Below are positions 48,614 to 61,627 of a stretch of 64,000 bases of DNA, piece after piece. The stretch spans positions 57,722,001-57,786,000 of the forward strand of contig NC_073379.1 of assembly GCF_028641065.1 (NCBI RefSeq). Direction: 5' to 3'. The notes below the pieces were generated by a model. That model searched no databases. It had not been told where the DNA came from and was given only the letters and a program-made list of their open reading frames with translations. How positions within the stretch are numbered: the first letter of the stretch is position 1; each line of letters starts with the position of its first letter. A program made the position numbers and the translations under genes. The stretch comes from Leucoraja erinacea. Taxonomy: Eukaryota.

Positions 48614-48884
48614 AGACACATTATCCAGACAATACCTTCAGTCATTGGCACATTACATTCATAGCGTGGAATTAACGTGGTGGTGGGATGATGTACAATT
48701 TTGTCCCTTGAAAGTGTGTTTAACTTGTTAGGTTTTTTACTACTTCTAAGTAATAGTATTGGTGTACCAGAAATTAAGCCATGATATGTGTCACAAAATT
48801 AAACAGAAAATACTCATAACACACATTATTACACAGCACTACCTACCATAACATTATCTTGCACCTAATTGATTTCACTTTCAG

Positions 48885-49013
48885 GTCCTGAGTCAACTCC
48901 TCCCCAGCTAGTGAAGGTTTTGTTGGGGCCGATTGCGAGATGTGGGACCAGTTATCAATTTCCACCTGTGAATTGGGCTTCCATACTATCTCCACTTATG
49001 AGACTGAATTTTG
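48885..49013 (+). CDS. FOCAD: FOCAD exon w12 (GPESTPPQLVKVLLGPIARCGTSYQFPPVNWASILSPLMRLNF)
   Basis: Acceptor ctttcag|; donor G|gtaagt; 129 nt; phase 1/1. Confidence 0.95.
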
Positions 49014-50100
49014 GTAAGTTATAAAAGATATCATCATTGATTTCAAAACATATGTAAATGTTCATTTTTTTTGTAACGTATTAAACCACGAAGGCTTCCG
49101 TTACAACACTCTTAACCCTGTGTTGAGAAAATACCCACTGATCATCATTATGTAAAACAGTTTTATCACCTAATCTTCCTTCCCGACATCTGTGAGAGCA
49201 GTGATATATTTTGCAGGGTGTCATGCCGTGATATGACAAAGAGATTATAGGGAATTTCATATGATAAAAAATATATAATTTCTCAAATTAGGAAATGCGT
49301 CAAAGAAAGCAGTTTCTAATTGGATGGTTATCTACAAAGTGGTGAAGTTTGAGTAATTTAGCAACACGAGTACTTTCAGTGAAATATTTATTTTCCTTTA
49401 GATGCTCTTTTGCAAAGCAACAGTGAGATTTTAAATTTGAATTCCTGGAAATATATATTTTTTAAATCATTGAAATAAAGGCTCTGCTTTCCAGCAAAAT
49501 CAGGCCTCAATGGCCAAGATGATTGGTCGTGTCTTTAAAATAAAATCTGCTGAAGTGATGAAAGGTCCAGAACTTTGAGGTCACCCAAGGTTAATTTCTG
49601 TGTCAGATGTGGCCCCCTGTCTGTTGAGTTTGATGATCTTTTTGTGAGTCGTGAAACTTCCCATTGATTTATACCTCGGACATAGTCAGTTGGTGACAGG
49701 CTGTAAAGCGCAGAATCTCCTGTAATGGACGTAGGAGTAAGTTAAAGTTGCCCTTTTATTATAGTTGCAATATGGCATAGAATTACCAAAGGATTTGTTT
49801 CATAACATACCCCTCCCTCTCTACGATTAGGCAATGGAATTTTAAATGCCACAGTTCCATCATACAAGATTTGTATATTGCATTTCCCATGTATTTTAAA
49901 TAAATTTCCCATGCTTGCTGCATTTGCTAAATTATCCAAAATTAATGAGCAATTGGTGAGAAATCAACGGCCCTCAGGAAGCAAGTTTGGAATTAGGGAT
50001 TGGGAACTTTGACACCACATTAATCTTATAGCAAACAGCGCCATGTAGTGGTCACATTGGAATGCACCAATTTATGCAACTTTTTTTTTCCTGATTGTAG

Positions 50101-50216
50101 GTGAAGATATCCAGCAACATGGCATTGAAGTTGCAGTGACCCAGGCTCAGACATCTCAAAGTGCTGCAATGTTTTTAGGAATGTGGATAGCACCACCCTT
50201 AGTGCATAGCCTTAAT
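50101..50216 (+). CDS. FOCAD: FOCAD exon w13 (GEDIQQHGIEVAVTQAQTSQSAAMFLGMWIAPPLVHSLN)
   Basis: Acceptor attgtag|; donor AAT|gtaggt; 116 nt; phase 1/0. Confidence 0.93.
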
Positions 50217-50488
50217 GTAGGTATATCTTGTTATTAATTTATTTATTGTGCTATAATGCATATAGAGCTATATAGTGTGGAAACAGGCCCAACTCATCGA
50301 TGCGGCCTAAGTTGCTAAACTGAGCCATTCACACCTACCTGCACCTGGCCCATATCCCTCCAAACCTTTCTTCTCAATGTTACCTGTCCAAGTTTCTTTT
50401 AAATGTCATAAATGTACCTGCATTTAACGCTTTCCCTGGCCTGAAATTGGTATATGAAAATGCGAGTTGGGCAAAATGTCGTGTAACA

Positions 50489-50752
50489 NNNNNNNNNNNN
50501 NNNNNNNNNNNNNNNNNNNNNNNNNNNNNNNNNNNNNNNNNNNNNNNNNNNNNNNNNNNNNNNNNNNNNNNNNNNNNNNNNNNNNNNNNNNNNNNNNNNN
50601 NNNNNNNNNNNNNNNNNNNNNNNNNNNNNNNNNNNNNNNNNNNNNNNNNNNNNNNNNNNNNNNNNNNNNNNNNNNNNNNNNNNNNNNNNNNNNNNNNNNN
50701 NNNNNNNNNNNNNNNNNNNNNNNNNNNNNNNNNNNNNNNNNNNNNNNNNNNN
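50489..50752. other. Assembly gap
   Basis: Run of N. Confidence 1.
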
Positions 50753-51896
50753 TTGTGTCAGATTCGGCCTCTTTGAAACCTTAGTCTGCCAGCACCACAC
50801 ACTGAATCTCCGTCATTTTTTCCATTTCGCTAGCTAATTAACTTTTACATTCACGGATGCACTCCTCAAACCATTTTGACTGTTTTATGTACCCGTTTTT
50901 TAATATAATCCTCCACACCCCCCCTCCCACTCACTCATTTTGTCGCCTCCTGCTGGCCAGCAACCATAACGGCTACTGACGCCCGGCTCTGCTATCAAAA
51001 ACGCCAAGATTTTTCCCTACCGCTGGTGCCCGGCCCGGCTCTGTCACGCTGCCTCAAGCCAAACATCGGATTTTCAACCGCTGCTTTTCTAGCAACGGGG
51101 GAACAGCCAGCGTGACAGAGCCGGCGTCTCAGAAGTGCCGAGGATGCGAGGCCTCACAGTCTCTAATCGCGCCGCTTTCACTGACTTTTCATTCCACAGT
51201 CAGTTTGGTAACAACACCCACCCCCCCCCCCCCCCGCCTGCCCACTCATTCCAAACCCCCCCCCCCCCATTCACCTCTCCCCCCCCCCCCCTCTCCTTCC
51301 TCTTCCCCCCTTCACCCCCACTTCACCCCCATTCTGCCATCTCCGTGTGCCTCCGTGTCCCTCTCTGTGCCTCCGTGTCCCTATCTGTGTCCCCGTGTAT
51401 CTCTCTGTGCCTCCGTGACCCTCTCTGTGCCTCCGTGACCCTCTCTGTGTGCCTCCGTGACCCTCTCTGTGTGCCTCCGTGACCCTCTCTGTGTGCCTCC
51501 GTGACCCTCTCTGTGTCCCCGTGTCCCTCTCTGTGTCCCCGTGTATCTCTCTGTGCCTCCGTGTCTCTGTGCCTCCGTGTCCCTCTCTGTGCCTCCGTGT
51601 CCCTATCTGTGTCCCCGTGTATCTCTCTGTGCCTACGTGTCTCTCTCTGTGCCTCCGTGTCCCTCTCTGTGTCCCCGTGTCCCTCTATGAGCCTCCGTGT
51701 ATCTCTGTGTGCCTCTGTGTCTCTCTCTCTCTGTGCCTCCGTGTCTCCCTCTCTGTACCTCCGTCTCCCCCTCTGTGCCTGCGAATTGGGGGCTATGGGT
51801 GAGTGGATAGGGCAGGGCATGGGGTACAAGGAGTGAATTAATAATATTAATATTAATATGAATAACATTAATATTAATTAATATTAATGGGGGTGG

Positions 51897-51931
<35 letters not shown>

Positions 51932-52004
51932 CGCCTCAGGCCGCCCCCTCCCCTCGCAACCACGCGTTGGGGGAACAGACCCAAGGGGTCCGCGCTTGAT
52001 CTAG
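50753..52004 (+). mobile_element. Non-autonomous Helitron-like element (5' end in gap)
   Basis: 3' hairpin GACCC-AAG-GGGTC then ..TTGATCTAG|T; shares TTGGGGGCTATGGGTGAGTGG with the elements at 29368 and 52005. Confidence 0.72.
51341..51780. repeat. Minisatellite with an approximately 20-22-bp unit (CCGTGTCCCTCTCTGTGCCT-like)
   Basis: Visible tandem array; it explains the low-complexity ORFs at 51112-51868. A (GT)n tract follows at 51900-51929. Confidence 0.95.
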
Positions 52005-52908
52005 TATACTATTAGAGCTGTGTGTGTGTGTGTGTATGTCATTTTGCCTTTAACATTTTGCCTTTGATTCGTTACTCCGTGAAAACCAGACGCAAAAATG
52101 CCGAGATTTTTACCATTTCATTAGCAATTTTACTTTTACATTCGCAAATCTATTCCTCATTAAATGTAGTCATTTTTCTGTACACATTTTTAATAAAATC
52201 CTTCACCCCCCCCACAGTCATTTTTTCGCCTCACACTGGCCACCTTCTCATCGCGTGCCGCCCGGCTCTCCTCCACATCCCCCCCCTCCCCAGCCCGGCT
52301 CTGTCACGCTGGCGGAAGCCACAGATCAGCTGGTCCCCCCGCTGCTTTTCGCCATCCTCGCTGGCGGCCCGCAGGCTCACTCGGGATCACGCAAGCCTGC
52401 CCACTCCACCCTCCCCGTACTCGGGGTCTGAAGCGCCGAGGATGCGAGGCCATGGAGCTGAGGCTCACTCTGAGGCCGAGGGCTGCTGGGCAGCCCTACC
52501 CCTCTCCTCCCTCCCTTCTTAATATAATATCAATGTGGGTGGTTAGTGTGTGTGTGATGGGGGATAGGAGGAGGGTAGGGAGAGGAGAGGGATTATGGAG
52601 GGAGGGAGTGAGTGACAGGGTAGGGGAAAAGAGTGGGAGGGAGTGGGGGAGAGGAGGAGGAGAGGGGAAAGAAGAGGGATGGGCAAGAGAAGGGATGGGA
52701 ATGCTCGGGATGAGAGGGAATGGAGGAGGTTAGGGATAGGAAGAGGGATGGCGAGGCGCAGTTGGGGGGGGGTTGCCGTTACTCGCGTCACAACTAGAAC
52801 CCGTCGCCACGTCTGTGCAGTTGGGGGCTATGGGTGAGTGGTAGAATATTGCGTTCAGGGATCAGCCCTCCCCTGTGACAGGGACCCAACGGTGCCCACT
52901 TGGTCGAG
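52005..52908 (+). mobile_element. Non-autonomous Helitron-like element abutting the previous one
   Basis: Starts TATACTATTAG (compare TCTATATACTATTA at 29368); ends GGGACCCAACGGTGCCCACTTGGTCGAG|T. Confidence 0.7.
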
Positions 52909-53239
52909 TAACATAATAAAAATGAAATCTAGGTGTAACACTATCCTTGCTGAATTTTTTGATATTTCTCTTCTAAGAAATCACATAATTTTTTCTTTTA
53001 ATTTGGGCATTGCAAAAATCTAGTCTTTGTGCCAGAAACATTTTGTAGCTTCCGGTCTCTCCAAGAGATCAATTGATTATTGGCATAAACAGCTTCCTTG
53101 TATGATTCGGGTTTACCTGTTTGACTCTTAAATGCGTCCATGAAGGATTTCCACATATGTTGCCTGACCTGCTTTTTTCCAGCATTTTTTTTCCCTTCAA
53201 TTTGAGGTACAGGTTTCATTTGCATTCTGCCTGGAGCAG

Positions 53240-55900
53240 TCAGTGTTCCCATACGATCTAACCTTCCAAAGCAGCCTACCATACGGAAACTTGTCAAATG
53301 CCATGCTGAAATCCACGTAGCCAATGCCTACAGCTCTGCCCTCATCAACCTTTTACGTGATGTCCTCAAAAACCTCAATCAGATTATTAGAAACATAGAA
53401 ATTAGGTGCCGGAGTAGGCCATTCGGCCCTTCGAGCCTGCACCGCCATTCAATATGATCATGGCTGATCATCCAACTCAGTATCCCGTACCTGCCTTCTC
53501 TCCATACCCCCTGATCCCCTTAGCCACAAGGGCCACATCTAACTCCCTTTTAAATATAGCCAATTCGTGCGACATGATCTCCCATGTAAAAAACCGTGCA
53601 AACTAATCTTAATCCCAAATCCCTTATCTATCTAAATGCATGTATAACTTATCCCTCAGAATACTCTCTAGCACAGATGTTAGACTTGCTGGCCTATAGT
53701 TTCTAGGCTTTTCCTTGTTAAATGAAGTGACAACATTTACCACCATCCAATCTACTGGAACCTCACCCATATTTAATGATAACTCGTAAATCTCAGCCAG
53801 GCCACCTGTAATTTCTGCTCTAGCTTCTGACAGTGTCCTCAGATATATCTGATCAGGCCCAGGAGATTTGTCAACGTTCATGTATGTAAGGACGTTCAGC
53901 ACCTCCTCGACTGTACTACTGACTGCCCCAAGTTCCCAGGTCCTCATGTCTTTCTCCACAGTAAAAATAGAGATGAAATACTCCTTGAGGACCTTCATCA
54001 TCTCCAATGGCTCTACACAGAGATGACCACTTTTATTCCTGAGAAGCCCTATTCTCTTTATGGTTAACATTTTACTTTTAACTTACTTATAAAATCTCTG
54101 GATTATCCTTAATTCTATCTGCCAGAGCTACCTCGTGCCACCTTTTTGCCCTTCTGATTTTATTGTTCTCAGTTCCCGAAACTCCTCCAGAGATACACTT
54201 GATTCCAACTGCCTATACCAGTCCCATGTCGCAGCTTTATTCTTGACCAGAGCTTCAATTTCTCTCGTCAGCGAAGCTTCTGTACGTCCACCTGCCTTGC
54301 TCTTCGCTTTAACAGGAACATGCATGTCCTGGATTCTTGCCAGCACACTTTTAAAAACATCACTAGCAGTGACTAGTGGGGTGCCGCAAGGCTCAGTGCT
54401 GGGACCCCGGTTATTTACAATATATTTAAACGATTTAGGTGAAGGAATTAAATGTAACATCTCCAAGTTTGCGGATGACACAAACTTGGGTGGCAGTGTG
54501 AGCTGCGAGGACGATGCTATGAGGCTGCAGGGTGACTTGGATAGGTTGGGTGAGTGGGCAGATGCATGGCTGATGCAGTATAATATGGATAAATGTGAGG
54601 TGGTCCACTTTGATGGCAAGAACAAGAAGGCAGATTATTATCTGAATGGTTAGAAGGGTCTACACCTGAAAAGTCCCACATTCCTTCTCTCCAGAGATGC
54701 TGCCCCTGACCTGCTGAGTTACATCCAGCATTTTGTGTCTATTATCTGAATGGTGCCAGATTAGGAAAAGGGGAGGTGCAACGAGACCTGGGTATCCTTG
54801 TGAAAGTAAGCAGGCAGGTATAGCAGGCAGTGAAGAAAGAAAATGGCATGTTGGCCTTCATAGCGACAGGATTGGAGTGTAGGAGCAAGGAGGTCCTACT
54901 GCAGTTGTACAGAGCCCTGGTGAGACCACACCTGGAGTATTGTGTGCAGTATTGTCTCCTAATTTGTGGAAGGACATTCTTACTTTTATGGGAGTGCAGC
55001 GTAGGTTAATTCCCGGGATGGCGGGACTGACAAAAATGATGAAAAAATAGATCGAATGGGTTTATAGTCACTGGAATTTGGAAGGATGAGAGGGGATCTT
55101 ATAGAAATATATAACATTCTTAAGGGATTGGACAGGCTAGATGCAGGAAAAATGTTCCCGATGTTGGGGGAGTCCAAAACCATTGATCACAGTTTAAGAA
55201 TTTAGGACATTTAGGACTGAGATGAGGAAAAACGTTTTCACTCAGAGAATTGTGAATCTGTGGAATTCTCTGCCACAGAAGGCAGTAGAGGCCAATTCAC
55301 TGGATGTTTTCAAGAGAGGGTTAGATATATAGCTCTTAGGGTTAACGGAATTAAGGGATATGGGGAGAAAGCAGGAACGGGGTACTGATTTTGGATGATC
55401 AGCCATGATCACATTGGATGGCGGTGCTAGCTCGAAGGGATGAATGGCCTACTCCTGCACCTATTTTCTATGTTTCTATCCGTTTCGGACATTCCTTTTC
55501 CTGCAAACAAACTGCTCCACAACAACTTCAGTGAGCTCCTTTCTAATACCCTCAAAGTTGTTGCCCCAATTTAGAATTTTATCTCACGGGCTCGCCCTTT
55601 CCTTATCCATAACGAACATAACAGAACAGTGGTCGCTGGGCCCAAAAGGCTCATCATGAACTGTTCAGCCCCTCCCAGTTTCCTAAGACTAGATTGAGTA
55701 TTGCCCTTTCCTGTGTAGGGTCCTCGACATATTGCCTGAGGAAATATTTCTGAACACATTTGACAAAATGTACCCCGTCTAAACCTTTCGCCCTGTGACA
55801 ATCCCAGTCAATGTTGGGAAAGTTTAACATCCCCAACTACAACAGTCTTATTAATCCTGCAGCTGCCTGCAATCTCCTGGCATACTTGCTCTTCTAATTA
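53240..55900 (-). mobile_element. Old CR1 LINE hosting nested insertions: CR1 53389-53563 (-), CR1 54364-55478 (+), and an 89-bp Penelope-derived unit 54651-54739
   Basis: Minus-strand CR1 ORF pieces at 53624-54070 (KSPGPDQI, NYRPASLTS) and 55654-55836 (NFPNIDW); plus-strand CR1 RT ([12 protein letters not shown]). Confidence 0.88.
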
Positions 55901-56274
55901 TTGTGATCATTTGAAGGCCTGACAAGTTGATCAACCCTTTTTTTAATTTCTCAGCTCCACCTATATAACCTCAGGGGACGAACAAATGACACTTTAAAAA
56001 ATCAGCCAAATCTACAACCTGGGTGGTGCTTAAAGTTATCAAGAAACTCACCATTGTGGACATTGCATTAAACAAGGCAGAGTCAAATATGTTTTGTAAC
56101 ACAAAGTATATCATTGCTATCCTCTTAGAGCAATTTGTAAATCAACCCCCTGTGAGGAATTAAATGAGAGAATTGCAACGTAGATAATATACTCCAGAGC
56201 ACCATCTTTCCCTCTGCAGTGGTAACATTTTAATACAGTTTTTTTTATTCTGTACATGTTTCTTTCATCTATAG

Positions 56275-56535
56275 CTCACAATGAGGAAATATCTCTTTAC
56301 ATCTCTTGCTTCCTGGATGAAATACGTGCCAGAAGATAAACTTCAGACATTTGTTGAAGTTCTTGCGGTCCAATACTTCACCACAGAGAGCAGGCAGAGA
56401 AGCCTCGAAGTTTGCCATTCTATTCTGCAAGGGCTAAATGAAGCCATGAAGGTTCCCAACCAAGTGCAACACAGCTGGGGCGTATTGTGCAGAAGTGTTG
56501 AGAAGATTTTTGAGATGCTGCCCAATGAAATTCAG
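56275..56535 (+). CDS. FOCAD: FOCAD exon w14 (LTMRKYLFTSLASWMKYVPEDKLQTFVE...KIFEMLPNEIQ)
   Basis: Acceptor tctatag|; donor CAG|gtacag; 261 nt; phase 0/0. Confidence 0.94.
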
Positions 56536-57557
56536 GTACAGTTTTTATTTAACAGCAATAGATTTAATTAAAGCAAGACACCTCACCCAGAGTGTGTCTT
56601 ACAGCATTCACCATGATGTGGAGGAGAACACCTCTGGAGAGTGGGGGGCTAGAGAGTTGGGACTTGTGAAGCCACATTGAAAAGAAATTTAAATAAGAAC
56701 ATCTAAAGGCACTTGTAAATAATTATAATATTAATTCCATGTGACAGTTAAACAAAAGCAACTTCCTTCCTGCTGTTTCCTAGTTTGATATCCTTTAAAC
56801 CCCATTCAATGGGGTTTCCACAAGGCAACAGTGCAAGACTGGGCGTTGTTACCATATCCGTGAGTCTTTCAGTGACTCCTCGACTTCCTTGTTTGTTATC
56901 GTGAGCCAACCTTTCTGGTGGGAATTGCTGATAACAATCATGAAGATCTGCCCCATTTCATTCCCAGCTATCATTACTTTGTGGTTGCATTTAGATTAAG
57001 CCCTTCATCTTTATACACATTTTAGCAAATGTTTTGAGCATTCAGGTGAAGTTCTTTTCCTTTTAATTTTTTTTCACTTGTTCCTGATAATCCATAACAA
57101 GGTTATTTATCCCTTACTATCACTGTCAACCTGTCTTTCTCCTCTTGAATGCACTTAGACCTGCCAGCTTTTGATAATCTCTTCTTTTGAACATGCTTAC
57201 TTGAATCCTTCCGATGCAACGGACTATATCCCTTCACCCAAAATATACATTGTGAACATACAGATGATGTATGTACTGCCCTAGTTTTTTAATTCAACAG
57301 AACTCTGGTCCCAACCTTCTGATATCTCTCTTTTGGCCTTGCATGTAATTACTCCCTCTGCATCTTCACTCCACTCCAGCTGCCACTGACAGCAAGCAGC
57401 CACCTTCTGGTCACCGCAGTGGACAACAATATCTCCCTGATGATATTCTCCCCTATTATTGGCACATTCCTTTTCCTTGTTCCCCGTTTATGGTAAGATC
57501 TGGTTAGTTTAGTCAGAATTACTACAGACCTTGTCCTTACACAAAGCAGCTAGATCT

Positions 57558-57848
57558 GGGCGGCACGGTGGCACAGTGGTAGAGTTGCTGCCTTTCAGCG
57601 AATACATTACCGGAGACCCGGGTTCGATCCCGACTACAGGTGCTGTCTGTACGGAGTTTGTACGTTCTCCCCATGACCTACGTGGTTTTTCTCCGAGATC
57701 TTCGGTTTGCTCCCACACTCCAAAGACGTACAGGTATGTAGGTTAATTGGCTTGGTAAATGTGAAAATATTTCACTAGTGGGTGTAGGATAGTGTTAATA
57801 TGCGGACCCGGTGGGTCGAAGGGCCTGTTTCCGCTAAACTAAACAAAA
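57558..57848 (+). mobile_element. Near full-length tRNA-derived V-SINE (HE1-like)
   Basis: A-box TGGCACAGTGG; B-box GGTTCGATCCC; V core GCTGTCTGTACGGAGTTTGTACGTTCTCCCC; CR1-like tail GAAGGGCCTGTTTCC plus (TAAAC)n. Confidence 0.93.
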
Positions 57849-59157
57849 CTTCATATCATTTGGATAAGAAGAACGGCAGTGGATCCTTAACACACTGCCC
57901 GAGTACGACAGCTGAGTAGACTAGCGTCATGCCATCCTGGTCGAGACCTCGTATAGGATCAGCCTGGCTAACATTGGAGGGGTATCCACCTCTCAGTCCT
58001 GGGCCTGGTAACTTTTTGCTTCTATAATTCCCACAAAATATCTCCATCTCTGAGCTCAGTCTGACAGTTCCTGGATTCACAGACACTAACTGCTGATGTG
58101 GTTGCTGGGCATTCCGAGGTGCTCCACAAACTCCCACTGGCAACTTTGAAGGAAACCAGTTGCACTGTTGCCCCCATTCAACCTTTATTTTGCATTTAAT
58201 CAACTGCTTAGATGGTTTTACCTTGTTGTCAAAAACTAAAAGACTAAAAAAATGCTTAGAGTGTAGAAATGAGGAACTGCAGATGCTGGTCTCCAATTAG
58301 ATGGGACCGCTCTCTAGTTGATGAGATGGTTCAGTTGCCTGATCACCACAAAGAATCTCGGGGTAATTGGAATGGACACTCAACGGGAAGAAACTGTCCC
58401 TGAATCTGAAGTTATGTGTTTTCACTTCTGAACTACCCTTACATGTTGATGTTTCTTAATTTTCGTACAGCTGGAAATTAGGTATAAAATTAAAAGCCAA
58501 CCAAAATGTAATCAGGTCCCTTTGGAACTGGTTTTGGTAATGAGTCTGTATCTAGTACACTTCTCTCAGCCCACCTTTATCTGCCCCATAACCAGCTTGT
58601 AGGAAGAGTCCCATAGTATGATATTAAATTTCCTTCTTTATGAATGGAAGTATTGTTTGGCTCCATCTCCCTGTGGAATGGATAAAGCATTTGGAATATG
58701 GCCAAACATGGAAACAAACTGTTATTTAATAATGTATTTATTTAATAACGTGATCACAAAGAAAACATTGTTCTGCAAAAATCACTAAGGTTTATTATTC
58801 ATTAGCAAAGTACAATTGCACATTATGATACAGTCACATCACCATTTGGTGGATTACCATTTAGCATTTATATAATTTAGTCCAAAAAATTATTTCACCT
58901 AGCGCAGTGATTACATGTGTCATTGAAAGATATTTAATCAAATACACAATTATAGACATGGTTGAATACCGATTTATTTTGGGTCCTATGTATATTCTAT
59001 GTTTTACTGTACTTCAGTGCAGCTCCAAACGTACTATCCAGTACAAACTGCCCTCCTTGATTGGCACCAAGGCCAATTATATTAATTAAGAAGCCATACT
59101 GTAGTTGTGACATAATGATTCATCAGTTAATTATATTCCTCTTTCTTATCTTCTCAG

Positions 59158-59247
59158 GTCAATGAACTAAACATTTATGTTGGAGTTGCCAAATGCCTTT
59201 CGGAGCTTGGTGATAGTGAGATAGATAGAGTGACCCAGGCAACCAAG
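59158..59247 (+). CDS. FOCAD: FOCAD exon w15 (VNELNIYVGVAKCLSELGDSEIDRVTQATK)
   Basis: Acceptor ttctcag|; donor AAG|gtaatt; 90 nt; phase 0/0. Confidence 0.93.
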
Positions 59248-60514
59248 GTAATTCTCTTGTTGGAATACACACAAGACATAATCTAAGATCTAGTGAATAA
59301 ATTATCCTTTTATAGTGCGTTATTCTATTCACTAGGTATGAATAATGTTAATCATGGAAAGTGCTTTTTAAAAAGTATTTCGACAGTCAGTCAGGCTGCC
59401 TGACCAGCTGATTTCCTCCAGCTCTTAATTGTTAACATCAGACTTAACATACTTCAGTAAATCTGAGGAGTTACTACAGTTGGAACAATTAGACATTGTA
59501 TTTGATATATAATTGGAGCCACAAACCTAACCGCAACAATTTCAATGTTAGATGTTTCTTATGTCTCCCATTTTTGTGACTCTGCATTCACACCATCTTG
59601 CATCTTGACTCCCTGCAGAATCCAGTCCTCCTCTTTTTTCCTACTGTCCTTTTCAAATCCCTTCCTCGGATTCCTTTCTGGATCATATCCAAGGTTTTCA
59701 GCTCTGTCTATTATCAGTTTCCTTTGTTGCGCCAGCTACATTGCACTCGTCTGCAATCCATACTTTTAATTTTACACTCTGTAATATAATCCTTAGAAGC
59801 ACCTAACTAACTCGGTGTTTGACTCGCTATATTCAGAGACTGTATACAACAGGCCTCATTGACATTGGCAGTGAACCTAATAATCACAGGAACTGTTTTT
59901 TTCTAACTTTGAAAACAAACTCATCTATGGCCATGAATAAATAAACAACATCTAAATGGATGTTGTTGAGAAGGGCAAAGAAGTATTTGTTCCAGTGCTC
60001 ACTGGCAAAAAACGAGCCAAATGCAAGAATCAACAAAATCAATCTTGTGTGGAAATTAGGCCTGGTGTAGTTTTTTACTGGAACAAGTAAAAGCAAAGAA
60101 TTTTCCAATCATTCTACTTCTATTTCACACGCCCCTGATCTCCTGAGCTTGCCATTTGTGATTCAAGTGCACTTCTTTCAGCGCATCCCTTCCTGCTGGC
60201 TTCCACACTGCAGAACATAGACATTACTATCTCCATCTTCAATAATGTATTGCGTCATCCAGCAAACCTGTTCGCATGTCACTATTGGATGAAGTCCTTC
60301 AATCCTCATCATCATGCTGCCAGAGTAATCTTTTTAACTCTTTTGCTAATCTTCACATGTATGATGGGAACAAAATAAATCTCGTCATTTATTTCCACTT
60401 GGTCTCAGAAGCATCAGGTATTTGGCAGTTATTGCAAGCATATATGGTGTGGGATGCCTTTGAAAGCGTGATTCACATTTTGGTGACCAAGTTTCATTGG
60501 CTTCCTGGATTGAC

Positions 60515-60820
60515 TGTTTGAAAAATACAGCATGGAAACAGTCCCTTTGGCCCACTGACTCCACGTTGACCATTGATCACCTGTTCACTTTAGTTCGATG
60601 TTATCCCACTTTCATATCTACTCCCTGCACGCTAGGGGCAATTTACAAAGGTCAATTAACTAGCATATCTTTGGGATATGGGAGGAAACTAGAGCAGTTG
60701 GAGGAAACACACGCGGTCACCTGGAGAATGTGCAAACTCCACACAGACAGCACCTGAGGATCGAACCCAGGTTTCTGGCACTGAGAGACCAACTCTGCAA
60801 GCTGTGCCAATTTGCTGCCC
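60515..60820 (-). mobile_element. V-SINE (HE1-like)
   Basis: Reverse complement has B-box GGTTCGATCC and the V core. Confidence 0.88.
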
Positions 60821-61171
60821 TAAACGAAATGACATTATGAAATTGATCACACTCTGTGCTATTGTTCATCTGCATTAATATTTCCTGAGGTGACAAGTAA
60901 ACTAAAAATATTTTACTTTATGACATTCTAGCATTGAGTCCTGGGGTATTAAGCACAGCATGTGAACACAATTTATAGTTACTCGTTCCAGGTACTCAAA
61001 TAGTTTTGGGGAATCTAGCTTTAAAGAGGTTAAAACAATTTTGCAGCGCATATTTTTCTAGATTACAAATTTTGTGCATGAATAAATAAGTAATGCACGA
61101 GATATTGTGTGATAATACTCCTTAATAATTTTCAAGTATACCTCAATAATTCTGACTAAAATTTGTTGCAG

Positions 61172-61349
61172 GACACAATTGTGAAGTCCACCTTTATAAG
61201 AGGATATTTAGTATCCCAGGGCAGGGTTCCATTACTGTGCTTTAATGACATCATCACTACTGCAACAGGCACCTGTTGGTTGGAGACAGTTACCTGGATT
61301 ATGTTGCAGAGCTTTTACCAATCTCGGCTGGTTAGCCACCAGAACACAG
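61172..61349 (+). CDS. FOCAD: FOCAD exon w16 (DTIVKSTFIRGYLVSQGRVPL...WIMLQSFYQSRLVSHQNT)
   Basis: Acceptor gttgcag|; donor G|gtacgt; 178 nt; phase 0/1. Confidence 0.94.
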
Positions 61350-61627
61350 GTACGTTTGGACAGTACTGAGACTTGAGACTATCTGTTCGGATATCTTTCC
61401 GTCAAAACAAACGATATATAGTCAGTGGTCTGTAGCTTTATTGGATACGCTATTTTGTGAAACGAATATATTACAAACAATGCATTATCATCACTTCTAA
61501 AACATCAGGAATACATTGGTTGAAGAGGTGATTAAGGCAGATAATATCATAACATAGAAACTCTGAGCATTTGAATCAGCACAGCATAGAAGTCTACAGA
61601 ACATGATTGCTCGATAGTTGACACTTA

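Noticed and set aside
51112-51868. Repetitive ORFs or a CRISPR-like array
   Set aside because: A eukaryotic minisatellite with no unique spacers; the ORFs are low-complexity translations.
57558-57635. tRNA gene
   Set aside because: A/B boxes belong to a V-SINE head followed by the SINE core and tail; no cloverleaf or terminator.
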